Source: Candidatus Poriferihabitaceae bacterium
GTDB taxonomy: Bacteria; Pseudomonadota; Gammaproteobacteria; Arenicellales; Poriferihabitantaceae
DNA: 64,000 bases
Direction: 5' to 3'
Assembly (NCBI GenBank): GCA_965204925.1
Contig: OZ242021.1
Span: 1,653,500-1,717,499 of the forward strand
Positions within the stretch are counted from its first letter, which is position 1. Every line of letters begins with the position of its first letter. This document shows positions 29,319 through 38,827 of the stretch, piece by piece. A program made the position numbers and the translations under genes. A model generated the notes under the pieces. The model did no database searches and was not told the DNA's origin. It was given only the letters and a program-made list of their open reading frames with translations.

Positions 29319-30533
29319 TCACTTGCCGCGCCGGAGCAATTTGCCGATCGTGAATGAGGTGCGGGGGATATAGGCATAGCGAGTGCGTTTTGCGCTGGTT
29401 GGACGGGCGCGCATTCGCAACAGGCCGAACAGGATCAGTGAAAGGTGGGCAAGCGCGATGAACGTGAATAGCGCGGACGGCCCGAATCCTTCGATCAGGC
29501 TGGACGTAACCAGCGGGCTGAAAATGGCTCCGATACCGTATACGAACATCAGCGAGGCATTCACCTCAAGGGCGCTTGCAGGATCAACGAAATCATTGGT
29601 ATGGGCGGCAGATACCGAGAAAATAGGGAAGGTCGCAATTCCGAACAGGCTTGCGCTCAGGAAAATGAACCACAATTCCAGCGAATGGATTACCGCGATC
29701 ATTGCACAGACGATGACACTGGCGATGGACAGGCCAATCAGTATCCACCTGCGATCGAATTTATCGGCCAACAAACCAACGGGAAACTGTGCGAGGGCGC
29801 CGCCCATCAGCACCGTTGCGAGAAAATACCCGATTTGCCGGGCGTTCAACCCCACTTCCTGTCCATAGATCGGGCCGACCATACGGAAGGACGATGAAGT
29901 GACGCCGGCGACAATAACCCCGGCCACTCCAAGAGGGGAAATCAGCGCCGTCCTGAGCGGCCTCAAGCGGGGGGCGGGCGGGATGCGCGGTTGATCGAGC
30001 CGGGTCAATGTCAATGGAAACAGGCAGGCACAACAAAGGATCGCCAGCAGGTTGTAGGAAATATAGGACGCCGGTTCCAGGACCGCGATCATCAACTGGG
30101 CGCCGGATGACGCGATGATGTCTACGATCCGGTATACGCCCATCACCCGCCCGCGTGACTGGTTGGTCACTTTCGACTGCATCCACGCTTCAATGATCGT
30201 GTAACATCCGGCGATACATAGCCCGGTCATGATACGCAGCGCTGCCCATACCCATGGTTCGGGATACAGCGGATGGGCGACAGCCCCGATCGCCCCGCAA
30301 GCGGCGAACGCGGCAAATCCCCTTGAATGGCCGACCGTGCCCAAAAGTCTCGGCGCCCACCAGCAGCCGGCGAAGAATCCGAGAAAATGAGCAGAGCCGA
30401 GAATCCCGATCTCGGTTTTGGAAAAGCCGAGCTCAAATCCCGACAACACATCCAGGGGGGCGATCGACCCGGAACTCAGTTGCAGGAACGTAATCGAGAG
30501 GAAAAGGGCAGTGAACGAAATGAGCAGGCGCAT
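29319..30533 (-). CDS. MFS transporter (YcaD-like)
   Basis: VGHSRGFAAFA, IEAWMQ....N..RGR.MGVY, QFPVGLLADKFDRR. Confidence 0.88.
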   Translation of the reverse strand: MRLLISFTALFLSITFLQLSSGSIAPLDVLSGFELGFSKTEIGILGSAHFLGFFAGCWWAPRLLGTVGHSRGFAAFAACGAIGAVAHPLYPEPWVWAALRIMTGLCIAGCYTIIEAWMQSKVTNQSRGRVMGVYRIVDIIASSGAQLMIAVLEPASYISYNLLAILCCACLFPLTLTRLDQPRIPPAPRLRPLRTALISPLGVAGVIVAGVTSSSFRMVGPIYGQEVGLNARQIGYFLATVLMGGALAQFPVGLLADKFDRRWILIGLSIASVIVCAMIAVIHSLELWFIFLSASLFGIATFPIFSVSAAHTNDFVDPASALEVNASLMFVYGIGAIFSPLVTSSLIEGFGPSALFTFIALAHLSLILFGLLRMRARPTSAKRTRYAYIPRTSFTIGKLLRRGK

Positions 30534-30612
30534 ATTGACCGATCGGGACAATTTGTAGCGGACTATACACAGATGTAGTCAGGGGTAAAGTAAAAACTGT
30601 AAAATCCCTGCC

Positions 30613-32274
30613 ATGAAAAAACAGATCGCCGGCAGTGCCTATAAATACCCCTTACTGATCAGGCATTTGCTGGACGCGGCGCTGGTTGCCGCCGCGGACC
30701 GGGAAATTGTCAGCGGTGACTTGTGCAGATATGGTTACCGTACCTTCCGTGATCGCGTTGCACGGTTGGCAGGCGGGCTTGCGTCCCTCGGTATTGAACC
30801 CGGCAATACGGTTGCAGTCATGGCGTGGGACTGCCATCGATACCTGGAATGCTTTTTCGGCGTTCCGATCATGGGCGCGACGCTGCATACGATCAATATC
30901 CGGCTCTCGCCGGAGCAGATCCTGTATACAATCAACGATGCCGGAGACGACGCCATCCTCGTTCACGTGGATTTTGTCCCGATCATCAACCTCATTCACG
31001 ACCGCATCGAACGCCCTGTGCGACTGGTTCTGTTAACGGATGAAACGCCGCCCTGCAGGACGTTGCCTGACCGCTTCGACGGGGAATACGAAGCGTTGCT
31101 TGCCGGCGCCGACCCGGATTTCGGGTTCGCGGATTTTGACGAGGATACGGTCGCCACCACTTTCTATACAACCGGAACCACCGGCAGACCGAAAGGGGTG
31201 TTTTACAGTCATCGCCAGCTGGTTCTGCATACGATGGGCGTCGTGCTTGCCCTTTCGCCGCTTGATCATGCGGTGCGTCTGGGCAAGAATGACGTCTATA
31301 TGCCGATGACCCCGATGTTCCATGTTCACGGATGGGGTTTGCCGTACGCGGCTACGATGCTCGGGCTCAAACAGGTTTATCCCGGCCGATACGAAGCGGC
31401 CGGACTGATCCGCTATCTGATCCGCGAGGGCGTTACCTTTTCCCACTGCGTCCCCACGATCATGCACATGCTGCTGTGCGCTCCGGAAGCCCGGGATACG
31501 GATTTTTCCGGCCTGAAAGTGGTTATCGGCGGCTCTGCATTACCCCGCGGGTTGTCACAGACCGCCGTACGAAAAGGGATCCAGGTTTTCGCCGCTTACG
31601 GCCTGTCGGAGACCTGTCCTTTCCTGACCGTTGCCGATACCCGGGATATTGATTATGCCAGCCTTGGGCCTGATCATCTGGCGCTGCGAGGCAAGACTGG
31701 AAAGCCCGTACCCCTGGTGGATTTGCGGGTGGTTGATGAGAACATGAATGACGTGCCGACAGACGGCGAGACAGTCGGAGAGATAGTCGTTCGCGCGCCC
31801 TGGCTGACCCAGGGTTACAGCGGGGACGCTGAACGTTCCGAGCGGCTTTGGCAAGGTGGATACCTGCATACCGGAGACGCCGGTTATATCGACGATAGTG
31901 GATCGCTGCTGATTACCGACCGCATGAAAGATATGATCAAATCCGGCGGGGAGTGGATTTCTTCGCTTCAGCTTGAGGATATTGTGTCACAATGCGCCGG
32001 GGTGGCCGAGGTGGCGGCAATCGGCATCCCCGATCAAACGTGGGGGGAGCGCCCCCTTGTGGTCGTTGCGCGCTCCCCCGAATGTGCCCGTCCGGTCAGC
32101 GCCGGGGATATCAAGAGTGCGATTCGCGCCTGTGTTTCCAGCGGAAAACTGCCGCGCTGGGCTGTGCCCGAGCGAATCGAATTTGTCGATGCCATTTGCA
32201 AAACCGGGGTCGGCAAGCTGGACAAAAAGACCTTGCGGGCGCATTATTCCTGTACGCCCGGAAACAGCCCGTAA
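30613..32274 (+). CDS. Acyl-CoA synthetase (fatty acid-CoA ligase, AlkK/DmdB-like)
   Basis: YTTGTTGRPKG, PMFHVHGWG, YGLSET, LHTGD, DRMKDMIKSGGEWISS. Confidence 0.92.
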   Translation: MKKQIAGSAYKYPLLIRHLLDAALVAAADREIVSGDLCRYGYRTFRDRVARLAGGLASLGIEPGNTVAVMAWDCHRYLECFFGVPIMGATLHTINIRLSPEQILYTINDAGDDAILVHVDFVPIINLIHDRIERPVRLVLLTDETPPCRTLPDRFDGEYEALLAGADPDFGFADFDEDTVATTFYTTGTTGRPKGVFYSHRQLVLHTMGVVLALSPLDHAVRLGKNDVYMPMTPMFHVHGWGLPYAATMLGLKQVYPGRYEAAGLIRYLIREGVTFSHCVPTIMHMLLCAPEARDTDFSGLKVVIGGSALPRGLSQTAVRKGIQVFAAYGLSETCPFLTVADTRDIDYASLGPDHLALRGKTGKPVPLVDLRVVDENMNDVPTDGETVGEIVVRAPWLTQGYSGDAERSERLWQGGYLHTGDAGYIDDSGSLLITDRMKDMIKSGGEWISSLQLEDIVSQCAGVAEVAAIGIPDQTWGERPLVVVARSPECARPVSAGDIKSAIRACVSSGKLPRWAVPERIEFVDAICKTGVGKLDKKTLRAHYSCTPGNSP

Positions 32275-32498
32275 TCTGAAAATACGATCGCGCCCATCTG
32301 CTGATATGTCCAGCCGCCAACCGCGCGGGGTGATTGCCCCGATATTGACTCCTTCGAGAGAACCTCGAATTTGATAGCTGATCTGGCAGATATTCTGTCC
32401 GACGCGGGGAAATAGCAAAATGACTCTGGCATTTCGATCCTCTTCAGGGTATAGTTTAACCTTATCATGACACAAGCAGCGGAAAACGGAAAATCTGT

Positions 32499-33026
32499 AT
32501 GACTGTCGCCACATTTGATACACACACTGCCACGAAGACCCTGTTGGAATCCGGTTTTACGGAAGATCAGGCAGTTGCCGCTGTTTTCATGGTCCGTGAC
32601 GCAATGAATGAAAGCGTTATCACGAAGTCTGACATTGCTCAGCTTGAAGGCGGCGTGAAGTCTGATATTGCTCAGCTTGAGAGCAGTGTGAAGTCTGACG
32701 TGGCGCAGCTTGAGAGTAGCATGAATACACGCATGTCGCAGTTTGAAGGCGGCGTGAAGTCTGATATTGCTCAGCTTGAGAGCAGTGTGAAGTCTGACGT
32801 GGCGCAGCTTGAGAGCAGCATGAATACACGCATGTCGCAGTTTGAAGGCGGCGTGAAGTCTGATATTGCTCAGCTTGAGAGCAGTGTGAAGTCCGACATG
32901 GTTCAGCTCGAGAGCAATATGAATTCTGGCATGTTCCAGCTTGAGAGCCGCGTGACCACCCGGCTCTATATGGTCTCGTTTGGTGTCGTCGCCACTACCG
33001 TTGGATTGTTGAAGTTGCTTGAGTGA
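32499..33026 (+). CDS. DUF1640/CCDC90-like coiled-coil membrane protein with tandem repeats
   Basis: FDTH...K.L..SGFTEDQA head, TKSD neck, ten 11-aa repeats, C-terminal TM helix. Confidence 0.8.
   Translation: MTVATFDTHTATKTLLESGFTEDQAVAAVFMVRDAMNESVITKSDIAQLEGGVKSDIAQLESSVKSDVAQLESSMNTRMSQFEGGVKSDIAQLESSVKSDVAQLESSMNTRMSQFEGGVKSDIAQLESSVKSDMVQLESNMNSGMFQLESRVTTRLYMVSFGVVATTVGLLKLLE
32625..32954 (+). repeat. Coding tandem repeat: 10 x 33 bp with a 99 bp higher-order unit
   Basis: Units KSDIAQLESSV / KSDVAQLESSM / NTRMSQFEGGV recur almost identically at the DNA level. Confidence 0.92.
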
Positions 33027-33084
33027 CCGCCCGCGGCCTGTCCGGCAAGCTGCGCGGCGCCTCTGTTCCGCGACGCCCGGCAGT

Positions 33085-34671
33085 TTATTCGCCGTAGGGA
33101 GGGATGGCGCGCCAGTTGAACATCGGGTGAGCCGCTTTTATCAGTCGGTTCTGTTGGTGAAACTTTGTTTTCAGCTCTTCAGGTGATCTTTCAACGCCGC
33201 CGAATGCCGGGAATATCTTGCACTCGGAAGCCGCGCTTTTTTCACCTCCGATGAAACGGGCGCCATACTGCTCGCAGATAGTCCGGACGTCTCGGAAGTA
33301 CTGGTTGCGCTGGACAGTCAGGAATTCAACCGCGCGGTCGAATGACGGTTTGTCATCGCAGGACAGGGTGATTCGGTTGTGCGGGTCGATTCCCACCGGA
33401 TTGAGATGTCCGTAGATAATGATTTCGCCTTGCAGGTTGCCGGTCGAGCGGAAATAATCTTCGATTGCCCGCACGTATTCCAGATTCCACTGCCAGAACC
33501 GGGTCATTGATGTGCGTACCCGGTTCGGGTCAAGCGCGAAATTGGCGTCGGTATGGTTTTTGTAAATATATCGACTGCGGGGTAGTTGGGTGCGCGCGGC
33601 AAACGGGATCGCTTCCCTCAATATACGCATTTGCTCCGGGTCCCTGAACATTTCCGCGTGATGCAGTTGAATACCGGCGATCGTGGGGATTTCCGCATCC
33701 CGATCATCGACGAGGTCGAACAGGAAATCCTCACCGCTGCGTTGACTGTAGCCGTTCACAAAAATGAGGCCGTCGGCATGCGCCTGCCGGCATTTGTCGG
33801 CCAGACTCCGGCCGCGCCGCATGGTCTCGTTGCTTATCCCCTGATTCAATAGCGGTTGCATTGATGAAACAGTGACATGCTCCAGACCAAGAACGATATT
33901 CTCCCCCGTGACCGTGGACGATACTGTTTCGTTGTCGAGGTCCAGGTAGCAGAAAGGCGACAGATGGGACAGCAAGGCGGCCAGACTTTCGGGGGCGTTG
34001 CCGACAGGCAGGGCAAAGGCGATTTCATTTTCCGGCAAGCGGTGAAACCGGCAGCGGACGGCAGATACCAGCCCGCTCCAGCCCAGTGTGCCGGCATAGC
34101 CCCTGAGCTCGGCGCCGCCCACACATTTGCGGACGCGGCCATCAAGGAGTGCAATTTCAAGGACGCTGTCACTGAAGTAGCGACGCTGGGGACCCATGCC
34201 TCCGGTCATGAACGTTGCGCCCGCCTGGGCATAACTGTAGCTGGTCAGATCCGCGCCGAGTACCCGGTACGCGCTGCCCGCCTGTTGTATCAGGGACTGG
34301 TTCAGTTGTTGCAACGTAATCGCGGCGCCGGCCACCACCTCCATGGACTCCGTGTCGATAAAAATCTGGCCGGGGGCGACCTCGTCGATTTGCGGGCGGC
34401 CGAAACGCACGTCGGGGTTCACGGCCGGTTCAATCTTCAGGCCGATTACCGGTTTTCCGTTATCGGGTCTTGCCTGGAACAGACTCTCTCCGGAAGATCC
34501 ACCGGAAATCGGCAACAGGCAGGCCTCTTCACCGTGAATGCGCCGGATCGCGGACAGCGCCTTCGGCAGTTCTCCGGCAGAGGCGTTGGCGCGCAGCGCA
34601 TAGGCGGTATCGAAGAGGATCGGCGCGTTTTCCCCGTCCACCATAGCGGTTTCGATCGGCTGCAATGTCAT
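33085..34671 (-). CDS. Divergent FAD-binding (PCMH-type) oxidoreductase
   Basis: PISGGSS, VVAGAAITLQQLN, AQAGATFMTGGMG, GTLGWSGLVS, YGHL, GGEK resemble FAD-linked oxidases. Confidence 0.6.
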   Translation of the reverse strand: MTLQPIETAMVDGENAPILFDTAYALRANASAGELPKALSAIRRIHGEEACLLPISGGSSGESLFQARPDNGKPVIGLKIEPAVNPDVRFGRPQIDEVAPGQIFIDTESMEVVAGAAITLQQLNQSLIQQAGSAYRVLGADLTSYSYAQAGATFMTGGMGPQRRYFSDSVLEIALLDGRVRKCVGGAELRGYAGTLGWSGLVSAVRCRFHRLPENEIAFALPVGNAPESLAALLSHLSPFCYLDLDNETVSSTVTGENIVLGLEHVTVSSMQPLLNQGISNETMRRGRSLADKCRQAHADGLIFVNGYSQRSGEDFLFDLVDDRDAEIPTIAGIQLHHAEMFRDPEQMRILREAIPFAARTQLPRSRYIYKNHTDANFALDPNRVRTSMTRFWQWNLEYVRAIEDYFRSTGNLQGEIIIYGHLNPVGIDPHNRITLSCDDKPSFDRAVEFLTVQRNQYFRDVRTICEQYGARFIGGEKSAASECKIFPAFGGVERSPEELKTKFHQQNRLIKAAHPMFNWRAIPPYGE

Positions 34672-34754
34672 CAGTCATCCGTCACAGGAAATGTTGTATT
34701 ATCAGTCGTTCAATGAAACATCGCAACGACACATCCCAACGCCAGACTATCGTG

Positions 34755-35267
34755 ATGCACCCGATTATCGTCCATTATGTCAAATGGATCGATTTCGTTT
34801 CGGTGCGCTTCGGGCGCCTGGCAATGTACGGCATTTTCCTGATGATCGGTACATTGCTGCTCGGCGCGATAACCCGCAACATTATCAATATACCGCTTTC
34901 GTGGACGGTGGAAATGGCCCAATTCACGATGACCGCTTACTATATTCTCGGCGGCGCTTATTCGGTCCATATGAACAGCCATGTGCGCATGGATCTTCTT
35001 TATGATCGCTGTTCCGACAGGACAAAGGCAAAAATAGATACGTGGACGAATTTTTTCCTGGTCTTCTATCTCGTTTGTCTGCTGATCGGGTCCGTTTCCA
35101 GCACGATCTATGCAATTGAATACGATCAGAGAAAGTTCTCCCAGTGGAACCCGTCCATGGTTCCGATCAAGATCATCATGGTATTCGGCATTATCCTGAT
35201 GTTGCTGCAAGCGGTTTCCACGTTGTTCAAGGATATCGCCAGGTCCCGCGGAATCGAGATTTCATGA
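34755..35267 (+). CDS. TRAP small permease (DctQ)
   Basis: EMAQF...AYYILGGAY...SHVRMDLLY; start at ATG 34755. Confidence 0.9.
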   Translation: MHPIIVHYVKWIDFVSVRFGRLAMYGIFLMIGTLLLGAITRNIINIPLSWTVEMAQFTMTAYYILGGAYSVHMNSHVRMDLLYDRCSDRTKAKIDTWTNFFLVFYLVCLLIGSVSSTIYAIEYDQRKFSQWNPSMVPIKIIMVFGIILMLLQAVSTLFKDIARSRGIEIS

Positions 35268-36589
35268 GTCACGAAGCGATTGCCATTTTCATGTTCGCAT
35301 CCATGTTGCTGATGCTGCTGACCGGCCAGCGTGTTTTTGCTGCGATCGGATTTGTCTCGTCCGCGGTCGCCTTGGCGCTGTACGGAGACGGCGCTATCGA
35401 GATGCCGTTCAATGCCGCGTTCAAACTGTTCAACTGGTACCCGTTGCTGACCCTGCCGTTGTTCGTATATATGGGCTATATCCTGTCCGAATCAGGCATC
35501 GCGGACGACCTCTACAGGATGTTTCATGTCTGGTGCGGCGGCCTCAGGGGAGGGCTTGCGGTCGGTACCATCGCCCTCATGATCGTCATTTCGGCGATGA
35601 ATGGTCTGAGTGTTGCCGGAATGGCAATCGGCGCCACCATTGCCTTGCCGGAAATGCTGCGCCGCGGTTACGACAAGATCATGATCACCGGGGTTGTTCA
35701 GGCCGGCAGTTCCCTCGGGATTCTTGTTCCCCCCAGCGTGGTGCTGGTGCTGTACGGCATGATCGCGCGCCAGCCGGTTGGCAAGCTGTGGCTGGCCGGG
35801 GTTCTCCCGGGACTGATGATGGCCACGATGTTTGTCATATACATTGTTGTCCGTTGCCGGCTCCAGCCGCATCTGGGGCCCGCTCTTGACAGACAGGGAC
35901 GGGATATGCCGCTGCCGGAAAAGCTCAAGCTGCTGAAGGCCGGTATCATTCCGTTTCTGATTTTCTTCTTCATGACCGGATTGTTTGTCATGGGAATTAC
36001 CAGCCTCGTGGAAAGCTCGGCGGTCGGCGCCACCTCGGCGACTCTCGCCGCGCTGTTCAGGCGACGGCTGAATCGGGCGGTAATGGAAGAAACGGTGCGC
36101 AAAACCCTGGGCGTTTCCTGCATGTTCATGTGGATTATCCTGGCGGCGCTGTGTTTCGGCGCGGTATTTGACGGCATTGGCGCGGTGCGGGCGATCGAAT
36201 CGCTATTCATCACCAAGTGGGATCTTTCGCCCTGGGAAGTATTGATCATGATGCAGTTGTCCTACCTGCTCATGGGCATGTTTCTCGACGACACGGCCAT
36301 GCTGGTGATTGTTGCCCCGCTCTATGTTCCTCTCGTCATCGCCCTCGGTTTCGATCCCATCTGGTATGGCGTGCTCTATACCATTACCTGTCAGATCGCC
36401 TATATGACACCGCCATTCGGTTACAACCTTTTCCTCATGCGGGCCATGGCGCCCAGGGAGATCACGCTTTCCGACATCTACCGCTCAATCACTCCGTTTG
36501 TGCTGGTCATGACTTTTGCGTTAATATTGGTCATCCTGTTCCCGCAAATAGCCTTGTGGTTGCCGGAGCGGGTATACTTGAGAGGCTAG
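35264..36589 (+). CDS. TRAP large permease (DctM)
   Basis: LLTLPLFVYMG, SLGILVPPS, MTPPFGYNLF; ATG overlaps the previous stop. Confidence 0.92.
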   Translation: MSHEAIAIFMFASMLLMLLTGQRVFAAIGFVSSAVALALYGDGAIEMPFNAAFKLFNWYPLLTLPLFVYMGYILSESGIADDLYRMFHVWCGGLRGGLAVGTIALMIVISAMNGLSVAGMAIGATIALPEMLRRGYDKIMITGVVQAGSSLGILVPPSVVLVLYGMIARQPVGKLWLAGVLPGLMMATMFVIYIVVRCRLQPHLGPALDRQGRDMPLPEKLKLLKAGIIPFLIFFFMTGLFVMGITSLVESSAVGATSATLAALFRRRLNRAVMEETVRKTLGVSCMFMWIILAALCFGAVFDGIGAVRAIESLFITKWDLSPWEVLIMMQLSYLLMGMFLDDTAMLVIVAPLYVPLVIALGFDPIWYGVLYTITCQIAYMTPPFGYNLFLMRAMAPREITLSDIYRSITPFVLVMTFALILVILFPQIALWLPERVYLRG

Positions 36590-36660
36590 TTGTCACATTT
36601 GCAGGTGAATTGACCGATATAATCAACGATCAGACTGTTAATGATCAAGAGGTGAGCAAA

Positions 36661-37848
36661 ATGAAAGATACTGAAATGAAAGAGCCGCTGGCGGAACCGT
36701 CCCGGCGTTCGTTTATGAAAACCGCGGGAGTGGCAACAGCAGGAGCGCTGGCTGTGGGCGTAACGGCTTGTACGCAGGAAGATTCAGATACGGCGGAGAC
36801 CGGCAAGGCTCTCGAAGAAGCAAAGGAGAAAATCTCCGAACTGGAGAAAATGCTGGCCGAGAAAGAGGCGCCCGCAACGTATAGCCCGACCGATCCGATC
36901 AAATGGCGGTTGCAGACGTATTCCGGCGCTCCTCTCGGCGCCCATGTCATCAAACCCCAGATCGATGCGTTCAACATCGCCGCTCACGGGCAGATGGAGA
37001 TCGAATTGTATTACGCCGATCAGCTGGTCGCTACCGATGAACTGTTCCGCGCCATGCAGAACGGCACGATAGACGCGGTACAGAGCGATGACGCGACCAT
37101 GGCTTCGCCGGTCGATATCAGCGTGTTCGGCGGTTATTTTCCGTTTTCGACCCGCTACAGCCTGGATATGCCGGTGCTGTTCAAATATTACGGCCTCAAT
37201 GAAATCTGGGCGGAAGCCTATGGTGAGATCGAAGGCGTCGAGTGGATCAGCGCAGGGGCCTGGGACCCTTGTCATATCTTTACCAAGGAGCCGATCCGCA
37301 GCGTTGCCGATATGAGGGGCAAGCGTGTATTCGGGGTGCCTACCGCGGGCAGGTTCCTGTCGCGTTACGGGCTGGTTCCGGTGACCCTTCCCTGGGATGA
37401 TATCGAGGTTGCCATCCAGACCGGTGAGCTGGACGGCGTGGCGTGGTGCGGATTTACCGAGGCGTACGAGGTAGGCTGGGCGGATGTATGCAATTATGCG
37501 TTGCTGAACAACATCACCGGCGCCTGGTGCGGTTCTTATTTCGCCAACACAGATAGCTGGAACAAGGTGCCCGCTCATCTTCAGGAACTGTTCAAACTGT
37601 CGATCGACAGCTCCCACTATTACCGTCAGGTCTGGTACTGGGGCGGTGAGGCCGACCTTCGGGTCAACGGCGACAAGATGGAATTGACCACGATTCCGGC
37701 GGAAGAATGGGATCAGGTGGTCAAGGACTCCGAAGAGTTCTGGGATGAACTGGCATCGATCAGCCCGCGCACCGCAAAGGTGGTGCAGGCATACAAGGAT
37801 TATTCCGCCGTGATGCAAAAGGCGGGCGTTCCTTATCGTTACAGCTGA
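36661..37848 (+). CDS. TRAP substrate-binding protein (DctP), putative Tat lipoprotein
   Basis: SRRSFMK Tat motif, VTAC lipobox-like, IKWRLQTY, QTGELDG. Confidence 0.88.
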   Translation: MKDTEMKEPLAEPSRRSFMKTAGVATAGALAVGVTACTQEDSDTAETGKALEEAKEKISELEKMLAEKEAPATYSPTDPIKWRLQTYSGAPLGAHVIKPQIDAFNIAAHGQMEIELYYADQLVATDELFRAMQNGTIDAVQSDDATMASPVDISVFGGYFPFSTRYSLDMPVLFKYYGLNEIWAEAYGEIEGVEWISAGAWDPCHIFTKEPIRSVADMRGKRVFGVPTAGRFLSRYGLVPVTLPWDDIEVAIQTGELDGVAWCGFTEAYEVGWADVCNYALLNNITGAWCGSYFANTDSWNKVPAHLQELFKLSIDSSHYYRQVWYWGGEADLRVNGDKMELTTIPAEEWDQVVKDSEEFWDELASISPRTAKVVQAYKDYSAVMQKAGVPYRYS

Positions 37849-37918
37849 TTCAGGCTGAACCGGCCAGGGTCGTCCGTCATCGGTGGCGAATTTATGTAAT
37901 CCTCAAGAGGCAAAATAC

Positions 37919-38182
37919 ATGAGTATCTATGCCGTCTTTCTCAACGAGCCGAATGAGGAGGCTTGGAAATCCGTCAAGGAGAAATGGCCGGGTCGGCATT
38001 TTATCCTGACCGGGAATCTGGCGTTTGTGGCGCCGGAAGGGATAACTACAACTTCGGACATCGCCGGGATTGTCGGTATAGGAGGGGAATCCGAGCTATT
38101 GGGAATCGTCTTCGACTGGGCGGCCCATAATGGATTCAACCGTGGCGATCTTTGGGAGTGGCTGGGCAAGGTACAGCCGTGA
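37919..38182 (+). CDS. Small hypothetical protein (87 aa)
   Basis: GAGG RBS; globular-looking sequence ending LWEWL; stop overlaps the next GTG. Confidence 0.6.
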   Translation: MSIYAVFLNEPNEEAWKSVKEKWPGRHFILTGNLAFVAPEGITTTSDIAGIVGIGGESELLGIVFDWAAHNGFNRGDLWEWLGKVQP

Positions 38183-38436
38183 CCGAGAATATTCATCATC
38201 TGCCCAGCCCACCGGCGCAGTCGGCTTCCGGTGGAAATGGGGGCGGGAGCAATTTACACGGGCGGCTCTCCGCTTTGGAAGCGGAGTTGAAACATCTGGC
38301 AACCAAAGAGGATATTCGGCGCATTGAAGCGCTGATCGCCCAACGGGAAGCCTCCTTGCAGCGGTGGCTGATTGGCGTAATTACCACCGCCGCCGTGGCG
38401 TTGGGGTTGACGCTGGTACGAGTTTTCATCAGCTAG
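38179..38436 (+). CDS. Small coiled-coil protein with C-terminal TM helix (CCDC90/XhlA-like)
   Basis: GGNGGG, RLSALEAEL..LATKEDI, WLIGVITTAAVALGLTLV. Confidence 0.7.
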   Translation: MTENIHHLPSPPAQSASGGNGGGSNLHGRLSALEAELKHLATKEDIRRIEALIAQREASLQRWLIGVITTAAVALGLTLVRVFIS

Positions 38437-38476
38437 TGGCCAGTTGGACGTGTAAGCCCCATTTTCGGCGATTATC

Positions 38477-38827
38477 ATGAGTGGCAAGCAAAGGGATATG
38501 TTTGTCGGGAAGCGAAAAGACCCTGAAGATACGAGACGGAGCAGGATTCCAGGGCTGCTGGATGCGGTTCCAGCGGTAAACTCAACGGGAACCGGCCGAC
38601 GCATAGCTTCTCGAAAGTCAAAAAAGCTCATCGCTTTTGGATGGTATGGCGGCAAATACTCTCATCTTGATTTTTTGATCCCGCTGCTACCTGGCGATGC
38701 CACGCACTTCTGTGACGTGTTCGGTGGGTCGGCGGCAGTCCTGATGAATGCCGGCCCTTATCCAGTCGAGACTTACAACGCACGACTTGCTTCTGGAACA
38801 GAATTTTTGATATTTCCCGGAACATGA
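38477..38827 (+). pseudogene. DNA adenine methylase (Dam/D12 class) N-terminal fragment
   Basis: FGWYGGK, DVFGGSAAV, VETYN; similarity ends near 38780; no DPPY motif. Confidence 0.85.

Noticed and set aside
32625..32954. Possible CRISPR array (33 bp periodicity)
   Set aside because: Units are contiguous with no unique spacers, keep the reading frame of a protein, and no cas genes are present.
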